DNA of 55,036 nucleotides, from NCBI GenBank assembly GCA_964632175.1, contig CAZWBJ010000006.1:1-55036 (forward strand), written 5' to 3'. Of the stretch, positions 9,006-19,279 are shown in pieces. The translations under genes were made by a program, and so were the position numbers. Every line of letters starts with the position of its first letter. Position 1 is the first letter of the stretch. The notes under the pieces were generated by a model. The model made no database searches. It was not told the origin of the DNA and saw nothing but the letters and a program-made list of their open reading frames with translations. The stretch is from Candidatus Hadarchaeota archaeon (GTDB lineage: Archaea > Hadarchaeota > Hadarchaeia > Hadarchaeales > JAWBSP01).

Positions 9006-10013
9006 ATGCAGGGGGAGAGGATAACTTGGGTGCAGGGGGCGGGAGGGAGGCTCATGGCCGAACTCATTCGCCGGACCGTTCTGCAGGAGTTCTCCCTCCG
9101 GAGGGCCGGAAAAGTTGGGCTGGATGAACTGGAGGACGGTGCCACGGTGGATGTAGACGGGAAAACTCTCGTATTCACCACCGATTCCTACACCGTCAGA
9201 CCACCGATCTTCCCGGGAGGGGACATTGGAAGTCTCTCCATTTCGGGAACGATAAACGATCTAGCCGTGATGGGTGCCCAACCTCTCGCCATCGCCTGCT
9301 CGGTAGTCTTGCCTGAGGGGATGGGGGTAGAAGAATTCCGACAAATCCTGCGTTCAGCGAATGAGGTCTCCAGAGAGGTGGGCGTCCCCATAATAACCGG
9401 GGATCTGAAGGTGACCGAGAAAGGGGCCCTGGACGGTCCAATCATAACTACGGCAGGGGTCGGTTTGGCGCACAGGCTTGTCAGAAACTCGGGCCTCCAA
9501 CCGGGGGATAAAATTCTGGTCAGCGGAAGCGTGGGCGAGCACGGGGCCTGTATCCTTGCATGCCGGCACGGGATGGGAACCATCTCCTCCGATGCCGCCC
9601 CCGTTCTCCCCGTCGTTAGGGCGGCCATGGCTTCAGGCGAGGTAACGGCCATGAAGGATCCAACGAGGGGGGGTTTGGCAGCGGCCCTCAACGAGCTGGC
9701 GGAAAAATCAGGGGTTGGAATAGAGCTGGAGGAGGGGGCCATCCCAGTTTCCGAGCCTGTCAGGGGGCTCTGCGACCTGCTGGGTTTGGATGTGCTCGGC
9801 CTCGCCTGCGAGGGGAGAGTGGTGATGGGAGTGAGGGGGGAGGACAGCGAAAACGTGCTGAGGGAAATCAGACGGGTAAAGGGCGGCGAGGGGGCGGCGA
9901 TAATAGGGGAGGCGGTGCGGGAGCATCCCGGAATGGTGGTTATGAGGACGTGTGTAGGGGGGAGAAGGGTGATCCCAATGCCGGCAGGGGATCCCGTACC
10001 GAGGATATGCTAG
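9006..10013 (+). CDS. hypE: Hydrogenase maturation protein HypE
   Basis: TTDSYTVRPPIFPGGDIG, GTINDLAV, MKDPTRGG, C-terminal PRIC. Confidence 0.96.
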   Translation: MQGERITWVQGAGGRLMAELIRRTVLQEFSLRRAGKVGLDELEDGATVDVDGKTLVFTTDSYTVRPPIFPGGDIGSLSISGTINDLAVMGAQPLAIACSVVLPEGMGVEEFRQILRSANEVSREVGVPIITGDLKVTEKGALDGPIITTAGVGLAHRLVRNSGLQPGDKILVSGSVGEHGACILACRHGMGTISSDAAPVLPVVRAAMASGEVTAMKDPTRGGLAAALNELAEKSGVGIELEEGAIPVSEPVRGLCDLLGLDVLGLACEGRVVMGVRGEDSENVLREIRRVKGGEGAAIIGEAVREHPGMVVMRTCVGGRRVIPMPAGDPVPRIC

Positions 10014-11143
10014 GGGAAGTGGTGAAGCCCTTCAGAGACAATCCGGAGCTAGCCAAATCTCTGTGCTCTAGGATCCGCTTGCTTGCCTCCCGGGTCGGTC
10101 ATGTAAAGTTCATGAACTTTTGCGGGACCCACGAGTGGACCACGGTTCACTTCGGGATAAGGAGTCTCCTTCCCCCCAACGTAGAGCTGGTGGCCGGCCC
10201 AGGCTGCCCGGTCTGCGTTACACCCTCTTACTTTGTCGAACAGGCCATCCGTCTGGCCTTGGAGGGCGTGACTGTTTACACTTACGGGGACTCTTACAGA
10301 CTGCCAGCCCTGAGGGCGGTTGATGGCTGTCGGTCGCTCGAGGAGGCCAGAGCCCTAGGTGGAAAGGTGAGGCTCGTCTACAGCTTCCTGGAGTCCGCAA
10401 AGGAGGCAAGGGAAGAATCTCTCTTTTTTGGTATAGGCTTCGAAACCCTAGCTCCTATCTATTCCTCCCTTCTGGTAAGCGGAAAGGTCCCGAGGAATTT
10501 AAAGCTGCTGAGTCTGGTAAAACTCACCCCACCCGCAGCCAGGTTTGCCATAAAATACCACATGGATAGAGGGCTCCTTCCCCTCAGCGGCGTGATCGCA
10601 CCGGGTCACGTCTCAACGGTAATAGGCGCCAGTTCTTGGGAGTTTCTCCCCAAGGAGTTCGGTCTCCCCACGGTGGTTGCGGGTTTTGAGCCCATTGACG
10701 TCTTGGCCGCCGTCCTGCTCCTGCTCGAGATGCTCGTGGAAAAAAAACCGCGGGTGGTGACAGAGTACAGGAGGGCGGTGCGGTGGGAGGGAAACCTTCC
10801 GGCCAAGGAGAGCATGGGGGAGGTCTTCGAAAGTTCCGATTCGTCCTGGAGGGGGATTGGGGTGATCCCGAAGAGCGGATTGTTTCTGAAGGAGGAATTT
10901 TCAGATTTCGATGCCTACAGGCATTTTAACCTGGAGAAGGTGCCGCGCTCCGAAAGGGATCTGGAGCCGGGTTGCAGATGCGGCGAGATAATCGTGGGGG
11001 CGGCCAGACCGACCGATTGCCCCCTGTTCGGAAAGAAATGCACTCCGGGCTCTCCGGTGGGCCCATGTATGGTCTCAGTGGAGGGCCCCTGCAATATTTG
11101 GGCGAGATTTGGTGGTGGGGATGTGCCTGGGAACGGTAGGTAG
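10007..11143 (+). CDS. hypD: Hydrogenase maturation protein HypD
   Basis: CGTH, GPGCPVC, GFET, PGHVS and C-terminal Cys cluster GPCMVSVEGPC. Confidence 0.96.
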   Translation: MLGEVVKPFRDNPELAKSLCSRIRLLASRVGHVKFMNFCGTHEWTTVHFGIRSLLPPNVELVAGPGCPVCVTPSYFVEQAIRLALEGVTVYTYGDSYRLPALRAVDGCRSLEEARALGGKVRLVYSFLESAKEAREESLFFGIGFETLAPIYSSLLVSGKVPRNLKLLSLVKLTPPAARFAIKYHMDRGLLPLSGVIAPGHVSTVIGASSWEFLPKEFGLPTVVAGFEPIDVLAAVLLLLEMLVEKKPRVVTEYRRAVRWEGNLPAKESMGEVFESSDSSWRGIGVIPKSGLFLKEEFSDFDAYRHFNLEKVPRSERDLEPGCRCGEIIVGAARPTDCPLFGKKCTPGSPVGPCMVSVEGPCNIWARFGGGDVPGNGR

Positions 11144-11339
11144 GGTACAGAAGGTGGAAGGGGGGGAGATCCTTGTGGACTTTGGGGGAATCCAGCGGCG
11201 CGTGGTCTGTTTAGAGGAGGTGAGGGAGGGCGAGCTGGTCGTGGTACACGCCGGGCTCGTTATAGGAAAGATGAGAGAGGAGGATTACAGAAGAAACATC
11301 GAGGAGATTCAACTCTTGCTTGGGGAGACAGGAAAATAG
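11121..11339 (+). CDS. hypC: Hydrogenase maturation chaperone HypC
   Basis: N-terminal MCLG, VDFGG, VVVHAG. Confidence 0.93.
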   Translation: MCLGTVGRVQKVEGGEILVDFGGIQRRVVCLEEVREGELVVVHAGLVIGKMREEDYRRNIEEIQLLLGETGK

Positions 11340-11351
11340 GTAGTGGAATTT

Positions 11352-11367
11352 TTTAGGCGAGCCTAAA
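11352..11367. promoter_or_regulatory. Putative DtxR-family operator
   Basis: Perfect inverted repeat TTTAGGC-GA-GCCTAAA ending 6 nt before the dtxR-like ATG; has the TTAGG/CCTAA core typical of DtxR-family boxes. Confidence 0.75.
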
Positions 11368-11373
11368 TTCAGG

Positions 11374-11979
11374 ATGAGGGAGCGGATCGAGGAGTACTTG
11401 GAGGCGATGGTGCGGCTGAAAGAAGTGGGCAGAGAGCTCACCACCACCAATCTCGCCAAGCTGTTGAAAGTGGCACCCGCCACCGTTACTGAGATGTTGA
11501 GAAAGCTCGCTAAGGGTGGGTATGTCTCCTACTCTCCCTACCGGGAGATCTCGCTCACCGCGAAGGGCGAGGCCGCTGGGAAGAAGGTCCTGAGGAAGCA
11601 CAGGGTGGCGGAGGGCTTCCTGAGACAGATGGGGATTCCGGAAGAAAGGGTTCACGAGCATGCCTGCGGGCTGGAGCACCACCTCTCGGACGAGCTAGAG
11701 GAGGCGATCCACCGCAGGGTTGAGAGGGAAAGGTTGGGTGCGCCCGAAAACATGCTCCCCTTAACCGCCTTGCTGGAGGGGGAGGAAGGAGCGGTAGAGA
11801 AGATTATGGGGGGAAGGAGCGCCTGCCAGAGGCTTTCCGCAATGGGCCTGACTCCCGGTACCCGCGTTAAAGTTGTCAAATCCTCACTCTTCGGCGGGCC
11901 GATGCTGATTTCCGTGCGGGGAACGACTCTTGCGCTCGGAAGGGGGATAGCGGAGAAGGTCCTGGTCAGGAGGGACTGA
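11374..11979 (+). CDS. DtxR/MntR-family metal-dependent repressor with C-terminal FeoA domain
   Basis: EEYLEAM, HTH VAPATVTEML, RKHRVAE, ACGLEH, followed by FeoA-like RLSAMGLTPG...LALGRGIAEKV. Confidence 0.92.
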   Translation: MRERIEEYLEAMVRLKEVGRELTTTNLAKLLKVAPATVTEMLRKLAKGGYVSYSPYREISLTAKGEAAGKKVLRKHRVAEGFLRQMGIPEERVHEHACGLEHHLSDELEEAIHRRVERERLGAPENMLPLTALLEGEEGAVEKIMGGRSACQRLSAMGLTPGTRVKVVKSSLFGGPMLISVRGTTLALGRGIAEKVLVRRD

Positions 11980-13853
11980 TGGGGGGGATTCTCCGAGTCG
12001 CTCTCGCTGGTCAGCCCAATGTGGGAAAATCGGTGATTTTCAATCAACTGACGGGTCTCCACCAGCACATCGGGAACTGGCCTGGTAAGACGGTGGAAAA
12101 GGCTGAAGGGACCCTCCACTTCGGGGGATATACCGTGGATATCATCGACCTCCCCGGTACCTACTCCCTCAGTGCTTTCACCATCGAGGAGAGAATCGCC
12201 CGTGACTACATCGCGCTGGAAAGGCCGGACGTGGTGGTCAACGTTGTCGATGCCTCCTCCCTCGAGAGGAACCTTTTCTTGACCCTGCAGGTTCTTGAGC
12301 TTGAGGCCCCAACAGTGGTGGCGCTTAACCAGTGGGACGTGGCCAAAAAGAGGGGTTTACAAATCGACGTCCGAAAGCTGGAGGAAAGCCTAGGAGTCCC
12401 TGTCGTCCCCACGGTTGCGGTCACCGGGTCGGGTCTCCACCGTCTGCTGGAGAGGGTAATAGAGCAAAGGGGCAAGAAATCCAGCTTTCCGAGGTACGGC
12501 AGGGAGGTGGAGAAAAAGGTCAGGATTTTGGAAAAGTGGCTGGGAGGGTTGGAGTACCCGCCGAGATGGCTGGCCCTGAAACTGCTGGAGGAGGATGAGG
12601 AGGTTGAAGAGCTTGTGGGGGAGGCAAGACCAGAGGTGTTGTCCCACGTGAGGAAAATGAGAAGGGAGCTAGAGAAAACCCACGGTGAACGTCCCACGGT
12701 GGTTGTAGCAGCCGAGCGGTATTCCCTTGCGGGAAGGATCGCCCGTGAAGTCCAGACAGCCGTTCCGGCGGGGGAGAGGCTTTCGGACAGGCTAGACAGG
12801 ATTACTACCAGCCCCCTCACCGCCTACCCCATTCTAGCCTTGGTGATGCTCTCGCTCTTCCTCGTGGTTTTTCAGGTGGGCGGCAGGTTCACCTGGTTTT
12901 TTGACTCTTTGGCCGGGCGGTTGGAGGGTCTGCACTGGTTGCCCAGAAGTGCCCTCGGGGGGATCCTTGCGGCAGCCTCTGTCGCCCTCCCTTACATCAT
13001 CCCTTTCTATCTTCTCCTCCATCTTCTGGAGGATTCGGGCTACCTCCCGCGTGCCGCCTTCGCGATGGACGCCATTATGCACAAGATGGGCCTGCACGGG
13101 AAGGCTTTCATTCCCGCCGTGCTCGGCTTCGGGTGCGATGTTCCCGCCTGCCTGGGGTGCAGGATCATGGAAACAGAGAGGGAGAAGACTCTAGCCGCCA
13201 TAGTGGTTACCATGATCCCCTGTGCGGCAACCACCGCCGTGATTCTGGGGCTGGTTGGGAAATTTGTGGGTGTGCCAGCCGCAGTGGCGCTCTACGTCCT
13301 TCATTTCAGCATCGTCCTAGCGCTCGGCAGGCTTCTGTTCAAACTCCTGCCTGGGGAACCGGTGGGGCTGATAATGGAGATGCCCTCCTACAGGATCCCC
13401 CATCTTCCGACCGTGCTCAAGGAGACCTGGGGGAGGACGATGGAATTCCTGAAGATCGCTCTCCCCCTGGTGGTGCTGGGAAACGTGGCACTGTCAGCCC
13501 TGTATGAGACCGGAGCGACAGGCGCGCTGAACACTGTGCTCTCTCCCCTTACGGTGGGGTGGCTGGGTCTCCCCGCCATGGCCGGTACCGTGCTCTTGTT
13601 GGGGATTCTCAGGAAGGAAATGATTCTGATCCTACTCGCCACTACTCTGGGAACCGCCAACTTTTCCTCCGTACTGAGTACTCCCCAGATGATGGTTTTG
13701 GGCATGGTGTCCATGCTCTACCTGCCCTGCATCTCGACCTTTGTGGCCTTGGGGAAGGAAGTGGGCTGGCGGAGGGCAGTTTATGTGGCTTTCCTGAGGG
13801 TACTCCTCGCCATTTTCATCGGGGGGCTCCTGTACCGGGCGCTGTCGCTTTAG
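11979..13853 (+). CDS. feoB: Ferrous iron transport protein B
   Basis: [52 protein letters not shown]. Confidence 0.95.
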   Translation: MGGILRVALAGQPNVGKSVIFNQLTGLHQHIGNWPGKTVEKAEGTLHFGGYTVDIIDLPGTYSLSAFTIEERIARDYIALERPDVVVNVVDASSLERNLFLTLQVLELEAPTVVALNQWDVAKKRGLQIDVRKLEESLGVPVVPTVAVTGSGLHRLLERVIEQRGKKSSFPRYGREVEKKVRILEKWLGGLEYPPRWLALKLLEEDEEVEELVGEARPEVLSHVRKMRRELEKTHGERPTVVVAAERYSLAGRIAREVQTAVPAGERLSDRLDRITTSPLTAYPILALVMLSLFLVVFQVGGRFTWFFDSLAGRLEGLHWLPRSALGGILAAASVALPYIIPFYLLLHLLEDSGYLPRAAFAMDAIMHKMGLHGKAFIPAVLGFGCDVPACLGCRIMETEREKTLAAIVVTMIPCAATTAVILGLVGKFVGVPAAVALYVLHFSIVLALGRLLFKLLPGEPVGLIMEMPSYRIPHLPTVLKETWGRTMEFLKIALPLVVLGNVALSALYETGATGALNTVLSPLTVGWLGLPAMAGTVLLLGILRKEMILILLATTLGTANFSSVLSTPQMMVLGMVSMLYLPCISTFVALGKEVGWRRAVYVAFLRVLLAIFIGGLLYRALSL

Positions 13854-13875
13854 CTTCACCGCCACTATAGGTTAA

Positions 13876-15321
13876 ATGGTGGAGGTCAAGCAGATCGACG
13901 AAGTCAGATGGGAGATCCCGCTCGGCTACAAGCCCTGGATGAAGGTGCCCGCCAGAATCTACGCGGACTCCAAGATGATTGCCGAAATGCAGAAGGATCT
14001 CACGCTTCAGCAGGGGGTGAACGTCACCTCGCTGGGAGGGATTTACAAATATTCCATAACCCTTCCGGATGGTCATCAGGGATATGGATTCCCAATCGGC
14101 GGTGTGGCGGCAACCGATGCCGAAACTGGTGTAATAAGTCCGGGTGGAATCGGTTATGACCAAAATTGCGGGGTGCGTCTCCTTGCCACGAACATGACAG
14201 AGACCGACGTTCGGCCGGTTCTTAACGAGCTCGTTTCTACTCTTTTCCGAAACGTCCCCTCGGGCCTCGGCAGCACGGGGCACATCAGGCTTTCCCTTCA
14301 GCAACTCGACGAGGTCTTGAAGCACGGAGCGAGGTGGGCAGTCGAGAATGGGTTCGGCTGGGAAAGAGACCTCGAGCGGACGGAAGAGGGCGGTTGTATG
14401 GCTGCGGCCGACCCGTCCTGCGTGAGCGTGGAGGCAAAGAGAAGGGGATTTCCGCAGCTCGGGAGTCTGGGGAGCGGAAATCATTTCCTGGAGGTCCAGA
14501 AGGTGGAAAAGATATACGAGCCGGAGATCGCAAAGGCTTTCGGAATAACCCACGAGGGTCAGGTCACCGTCATGATTCACACGGGATCTCGCGGACTGGG
14601 ACACCAGGTATGCTCGGATTACCTCAGGACCATGGAAAGGGTTATCCATCGGTACAACATCTACTTGCCGGATCGAGAACTTGTCAATGTGCCCTTCAGC
14701 TCCCCCGAGGGTCAAGCCTTCTTCAAGGCCATGTGCTGCTCGGCAAACTACGCCTGGGCGAACAGGCAGATGATAACCCACTGGGTGAGGCAGTCCTTCG
14801 AGCAGGTCTTCCATAAGGATGCGGAGGCCCTTGGGCTTGAGATGGTGTACGATGTGGCGCACAATATAGCGAAGGTTGAGACTCACCGAGTAAACGGTGA
14901 AAAAAAGACTGTGGTGGTTCACAGGAAGGGGGCGACCAGGGCCTTCCCGGCTGGACATCCCGATCTTCCACCCGTTTACAAGGGGGTTGGGCAGCCCGTT
15001 CTAATCCCGGGGGACATGGGAAGAGCGAGTTACGTGCTGGTGGGCACGGATCGGGCCATGGAAGAGACCTTCGGCTCCACGGCTCACGGGTCGGGGAGGC
15101 ATCTGAGCCGAGCGGCCGCGCTCCGGCAGTTTTCCGGGCACGAGGTCAGGCGCAGGCTGGAACAAAGAGGGATCGTGGTGAGGGCCGCGAGCGTTTCCGT
15201 GATTGCGGAGGAAACCCCGGAGGCATACAAGTGCGTGGACGATGTTGTCGAGGTGACCCATCGGGCGGGGATTTCCAGAAAGGTCGCTAGGCTCGTGCCG
15301 ATGGGGGTTGCGAAGGGATGA
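13876..15321 (+). CDS. rtcB: tRNA-splicing ligase RtcB
   Basis: PDGHQGYGFPIGG, GYDQNCGVR, GSGNHFLE, HTGSRG, HRKGAT, AHGSGR. Confidence 0.97.
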   Translation: MVEVKQIDEVRWEIPLGYKPWMKVPARIYADSKMIAEMQKDLTLQQGVNVTSLGGIYKYSITLPDGHQGYGFPIGGVAATDAETGVISPGGIGYDQNCGVRLLATNMTETDVRPVLNELVSTLFRNVPSGLGSTGHIRLSLQQLDEVLKHGARWAVENGFGWERDLERTEEGGCMAAADPSCVSVEAKRRGFPQLGSLGSGNHFLEVQKVEKIYEPEIAKAFGITHEGQVTVMIHTGSRGLGHQVCSDYLRTMERVIHRYNIYLPDRELVNVPFSSPEGQAFFKAMCCSANYAWANRQMITHWVRQSFEQVFHKDAEALGLEMVYDVAHNIAKVETHRVNGEKKTVVVHRKGATRAFPAGHPDLPPVYKGVGQPVLIPGDMGRASYVLVGTDRAMEETFGSTAHGSGRHLSRAAALRQFSGHEVRRRLEQRGIVVRAASVSVIAEETPEAYKCVDDVVEVTHRAGISRKVARLVPMGVAKG

Positions 15322-16136
15322 GGCTCTCTGTCCTGCTCCCCGGATCGCTGGTGTCAGACGCACCCGGGCTCCTCCAAAAAACGGTGAAGGTAGGTTGGGT
15401 GGGCAGGACGCTGGCGGTCTTCAGGGTGAACAGGGTGATAGTTTACGGCGACAGCCACACACGCTCCAAGGAGGATCTCGATCTCATCTGCACGCTTCTC
15501 CAGTACATGGAGACCCCCCAGTACCTCCGGAAGCTCCTTTTCCCCTCCCTCCCCCTCCTCCGGTACGCGGGGACCCTTCCACCCCTCCGAACCCCTCACC
15601 ATCCCCTGCGCGGGGAAAGAGAGGAGGTCGGGGACATGAGGGAGGCGGTCGTGGTGAAGGTTGAGAAAGAGGGGAGCATTTTGGAACTTGGGATGTCCCA
15701 AAAGGGTTACCTACCCGAAAAGGCCAAGGTGGGGGAGAGGATGACGGTCAGGCTGGTGGAGAAGAAAAAGGATAGAATCATCGTGTCAAGGTCGTCCCCT
15801 TCCGAATACTGGGGGTTCAGGGTGGAGAAAAGGGCGGATCTACGGGAGGCGCTCGAAGCGGTTAAGGGTGACTTGAGGGTGGGAACCTCCAGGTACGGGA
15901 AGCCCCTCTCCGAGGTTCAGTCCAGGTTGGTGGAGGAGGCGAGGAAGAGGGGAGGGATGGCGGTGGCCTTCGGGGGGCCCTATGCGGGGCTCTTTGAGGT
16001 ATGCTCTGCTCAGTCCCTCGACCCCTCCTGCTTCGATTTCATGGTGAACACCATACCCCAACAAGGAACCTCCACCGTGAGAACGGAGGAGGCCCTTTCG
16101 GCCACCCTTGCTATTTTCAATGTCCTTCTGAGTTAG
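15318..16136 (+). CDS. SPOUT-family RNA methyltransferase (DUF171/C9orf114-like)
   Basis: YMETPQYLRK, GTLPPLRTPHH, NTIPQQGTSTVRTEEA; conserved position upstream of rpl3. Confidence 0.9.
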   Translation: MRLSVLLPGSLVSDAPGLLQKTVKVGWVGRTLAVFRVNRVIVYGDSHTRSKEDLDLICTLLQYMETPQYLRKLLFPSLPLLRYAGTLPPLRTPHHPLRGEREEVGDMREAVVVKVEKEGSILELGMSQKGYLPEKAKVGERMTVRLVEKKKDRIIVSRSSPSEYWGFRVEKRADLREALEAVKGDLRVGTSRYGKPLSEVQSRLVEEARKRGGMAVAFGGPYAGLFEVCSAQSLDPSCFDFMVNTIPQQGTSTVRTEEALSATLAIFNVLLS

Positions 16137-16138
16137 GA

Positions 16139-17140
16139 ATGCCAAGGGCACACCGTCCGAGAAGGGGATCTCTAGCCTACAGTCCTAGGGTGAGGGCGGC
16201 GGCTCCCATCCCGCACGTGAGGGGATGGCCTAGCGTGCCCTCTCCATGTTTGCTCGGGACGGCAGGCTACAAGGTGGGCATGACCCATGTGCTCATGATA
16301 GATGACAGAAAGACGAGTCTAACCTCAGGGCAGAACCTCGCGGTCCCCGTGACAGTGGTGGAGGCCCCACCGGTTTTTGTTTTCGGGCTTCGCCTCTACA
16401 CCAAAGGGGAAAGAGGGCTCAGGGTGATGAAGGAGGTGTGGGCGAAGGATTTGCCCAAGTACTTGGACAGGGTTCTCAACCTCCCCAAGCAGAAGGATCC
16501 TAGTGAGGGACTTGCAGAGGCAGATAAGCTGGTACAGGGGGGAAAGGTGAGCGAGGTGAGGGTCCTCTGCTGTACCCAACCCCATCTGATCAAGCTCAAG
16601 AAGACTCCCGAGGTTTTTGAAATCCCCCTCGGCGGGAGCACCGCGGCGGAGAAGTTAGAGTTTGCAAAGAGAATACTGGGGAAGGAGGTGCGTGTTTCAG
16701 AGGTTTTCAAGGCTGGGGAATACATCGATGTCGTCTCCATCACCAAGGGGAAGGGGTTTCAGGGACCAGTTAAGCGTTGGGGAGTAAAAATTCTCCCTAG
16801 GAAGACGGAAGGTGGAACGAGGCAGGTGGGAACGCTGGGCCCGTGGAAGCCTTCCAAGGTGATGTGGTCCGTTCCCCAGGCTGGCCAGATGGGGTATCAC
16901 CAGAGGACGGAATATAACAAGAGGATTCTGAAGTTGGGTGAGAATGGAGCGGAGGTCACGGTGGAGGGAGGTTTCCTGAGGTACGGTCCGGTGAGGGGAG
17001 ATTATGTGCTGATTTCCGGGTCGATCCCAGGCCCTTCCAAGCGCTTTGTTTTGCTGAAGAAGGCCTCCCGCATGCCATCCCAGTCCCCCGTTGCTCCCAC
17101 CCTCACCTATATTTCTCTCTCTTCCAAGCAGGGGAAGTGA
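16139..17140 (+). CDS. rpl3: 50S ribosomal protein L3 (uL3)
   Basis: MPRAHRPRRGSL, GYKVGMTH, TKGKGFQGPVKRWG, GQMGYHQRTEYNKR. Confidence 0.97.
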   Translation: MPRAHRPRRGSLAYSPRVRAAAPIPHVRGWPSVPSPCLLGTAGYKVGMTHVLMIDDRKTSLTSGQNLAVPVTVVEAPPVFVFGLRLYTKGERGLRVMKEVWAKDLPKYLDRVLNLPKQKDPSEGLAEADKLVQGGKVSEVRVLCCTQPHLIKLKKTPEVFEIPLGGSTAAEKLEFAKRILGKEVRVSEVFKAGEYIDVVSITKGKGFQGPVKRWGVKILPRKTEGGTRQVGTLGPWKPSKVMWSVPQAGQMGYHQRTEYNKRILKLGENGAEVTVEGGFLRYGPVRGDYVLISGSIPGPSKRFVLLKKASRMPSQSPVAPTLTYISLSSKQGK

Positions 17141-17910
17141 TGGTGGGAGTTTACTCGTTGGAAGGGGAAAAGGTGCGAGAGCTCCTACTGCCGCCTATCT
17201 TCGGGGTGGAGCCCAGGTCAGACCTTGTGCGGAGGGCTTTCCTGTTCGAGGTTTCCAGAAGACTCCAGCCCAAGGGAGTGGATCCGATGGCAGGGAAGAG
17301 AACCTCGGCTGAGACCTGGGGAAAGGGTTTTGGAGTGGCTAGAGTCAGGCGGGTGAAGGGAAGCAGGTATCCGGCCGCCGGCAGGGGTGCCTTCGCTCCC
17401 TTCACGGTTGGCGGCAGGAGAGCCCATCCTCCAAAGACGGAGAAGAAGCTAGTGGAGAAGATGAACAGGAAGGAGTATCTTTCCGCGTTGAAGTCGGCAA
17501 TCGCCTCCACGGCCAGGGAGAAACTCGTGGCTGACAGGGGGCACAAGTTTGAGGTCAAGGAGCTTCCCGTAGTGGTGGTTGGGGAACTTGAAGGGCTGAA
17601 AAAGACCAAAGAGGTAAGGGAAGTTTTTCAGAAGCTGGGTGTTTTACAAGATGTGGAGCGGGCAAAGAGCGGGAGGAAAATCAGAGCGGGGAAGGGGAAG
17701 AGGAGGGGGAGGAAGTACAGGCAGCCCAAGGGTCCACTGGTGGTGGTGGCGGAGGATCGAGGCATAGGTCTAGCCTCTAGGAATCTGCCAGGTGTGGATG
17801 TGGTGAGGGTGGAGGAGCTCTCGGTGGAGAAGCTGGCTCCCGGGGGCGTGCCAGGGAGGCTCACTATCTGGTCCGAGCCGGCTATCCGCAGGCTGGAGGA
17901 GGTATTATGA
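17140..17910 (+). CDS. rpl4: 50S ribosomal protein L4 (uL4)
   Basis: TSAETWGKGFGVARV, GGRRAHPPK, RAGKGKRRGR, LAPGGVPGRLTIW. Confidence 0.97.
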   Translation: MVGVYSLEGEKVRELLLPPIFGVEPRSDLVRRAFLFEVSRRLQPKGVDPMAGKRTSAETWGKGFGVARVRRVKGSRYPAAGRGAFAPFTVGGRRAHPPKTEKKLVEKMNRKEYLSALKSAIASTAREKLVADRGHKFEVKELPVVVVGELEGLKKTKEVREVFQKLGVLQDVERAKSGRKIRAGKGKRRGRKYRQPKGPLVVVAEDRGIGLASRNLPGVDVVRVEELSVEKLAPGGVPGRLTIWSEPAIRRLEEVL

Positions 17911-18170
17911 AGGATCCACAGAAGGTCATCCTGTTTCCGCTCACCTCGGAGAAGGCCGTGGCGATGGTTGAATCCCTGAACACTATCACCTTTGTGGTCG
18001 CGGCGGACGCCGGCAAACAGGATATCAAGAGGGCGGTGGAGGCCCTGTATGGGGTGAAGGTTAAAGAAGTACGAACTCTAAAAACCCCTGATGGGAGGAA
18101 GAAGGCCTATGTCAGGCTCGCGGAGGGGTTTTCAGCAGATGAACTGGCAGCGAAGCTTGGGGTGATCTGA
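17907..18170 (+). CDS. rpl23: 50S ribosomal protein L23 (uL23)
   Basis: PLTSEKA, GRKKAYVRL. Confidence 0.96.
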   Translation: MKDPQKVILFPLTSEKAVAMVESLNTITFVVAADAGKQDIKRAVEALYGVKVKEVRTLKTPDGRKKAYVRLAEGFSADELAAKLGVI

Positions 18171-18883
18171 TGGGAAAGCGCATAAGAGCAACCAGGATTG
18201 GGAGGGGGTCGATGACCTACCGGGCCAAGTCCTGGAGGAGGTTGGGAAGGGCACGGTTTCCTCCTTCTGGGGGAACCCTCCAGGGAGAGGTCCTAGAGCT
18301 TCTCCACAATCCCGGGCTCTCCACCCCGTACGCTAGGGTTAGGTTGAAAGACGGTACTACTTTTTACCTTCCCGCCTGCGAGGGGATGAAGGTTGGGCAG
18401 ACTGTGGTTTTGGGGCCAGATGCGCCGGTGGCTCCCGGGAATATCCTCCCCCTTTCCCGGTTACCCGAGGGGACGAAGGTTTACATGATCGAGTCCAAGC
18501 CCGGGGACGGTGGGAAATTCGTGAGGGCCACCGGAGCCTCAGCCACCGTGGTGGGGAGGGAGGGGAACAATGTGGTGGTTCAGCTCCCATCCGGCAAGGT
18601 CCGTGCTTTCCATCCCGATTGCAGAGCAGTAGTGGGGGTAGTGGGAGGAAGAGGGAGGAAGGAGAAGCCTTTCGTGAAGGCTGGGACCAGATATCTTCGC
18701 ATGAAGGCGCGCGGTAAGCCCTATCCGCGGGTGAGAGGGGTGGCCATGAACATCGTGGATCATCCCTTTGGGGGAGGGAGGAGAAAGCATGCCGGCAGGC
18801 CGAAGATAGTGCGGAGAGGGGCTCCGCCAGGTCAGAAGGTGGGACTGATAGCAGCTAGAAGAACGGGGACTAGGAAGGGGTAG
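18170..18883 (+). CDS. rpl2: 50S ribosomal protein L2 (uL2)
   Basis: PGDGGKFVRA, PRVRGVAMNIVDHPFGGG, APPGQKVGLIAARRTG. Confidence 0.97.
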   Translation: MGKRIRATRIGRGSMTYRAKSWRRLGRARFPPSGGTLQGEVLELLHNPGLSTPYARVRLKDGTTFYLPACEGMKVGQTVVLGPDAPVAPGNILPLSRLPEGTKVYMIESKPGDGGKFVRATGASATVVGREGNNVVVQLPSGKVRAFHPDCRAVVGVVGGRGRKEKPFVKAGTRYLRMKARGKPYPRVRGVAMNIVDHPFGGGRRKHAGRPKIVRRGAPPGQKVGLIAARRTGTRKG

Positions 18884-19279
18884 ATGCCGAAGAAGTTCAC
18901 CTACAGGGGGTATACTCTAGAGGAGCTCCAGAAGATGCCGTTAGAAAAGGTTGCGGAGCTCCTTCCCTCAAGACAGCGGAGGAGCTTGTTGAGGGGTCTC
19001 ACGCCGGAAGAGAAGAAGCTGCTGGAGAAAATCAGAGAGTACAAGGAGAAAAAGATGGAGAGCCCCATAAAGACCCACTGCAGGGACATGATCATCCTCC
19101 CAGAGATGGTGGGCGTCAAGGTGGCAGTTCACAACGGCAAGGAGTTCACGGTTTTTGAAATCCTCCCGGAAATGATCGGGCACAGGTTGGGGGAGTTCTC
19201 CCAGACGAGGAAGAAGGTGACGCATGGCACGCCTGGTATCGGAGCCACGAGGAGCTCCATGTTCATCCCCCTGAAGTAA
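18884..19279 (+). CDS. rps19: 30S ribosomal protein S19 (uS19)
   Basis: [39 protein letters not shown]. Confidence 0.97.
   Translation: MPKKFTYRGYTLEELQKMPLEKVAELLPSRQRRSLLRGLTPEEKKLLEKIREYKEKKMESPIKTHCRDMIILPEMVGVKVAVHNGKEFTVFEILPEMIGHRLGEFSQTRKKVTHGTPGIGATRSSMFIPLK

Noticed and set aside
13816-14958. 380-aa antisense ORF over rtcB, and similar long shadow ORFs (28475-29416, 44745-45671, 46559-47488, 52935-53843)
   Set aside because: They lie opposite well-conserved genes and show no motifs; such ORFs are expected from GC-rich codon bias.
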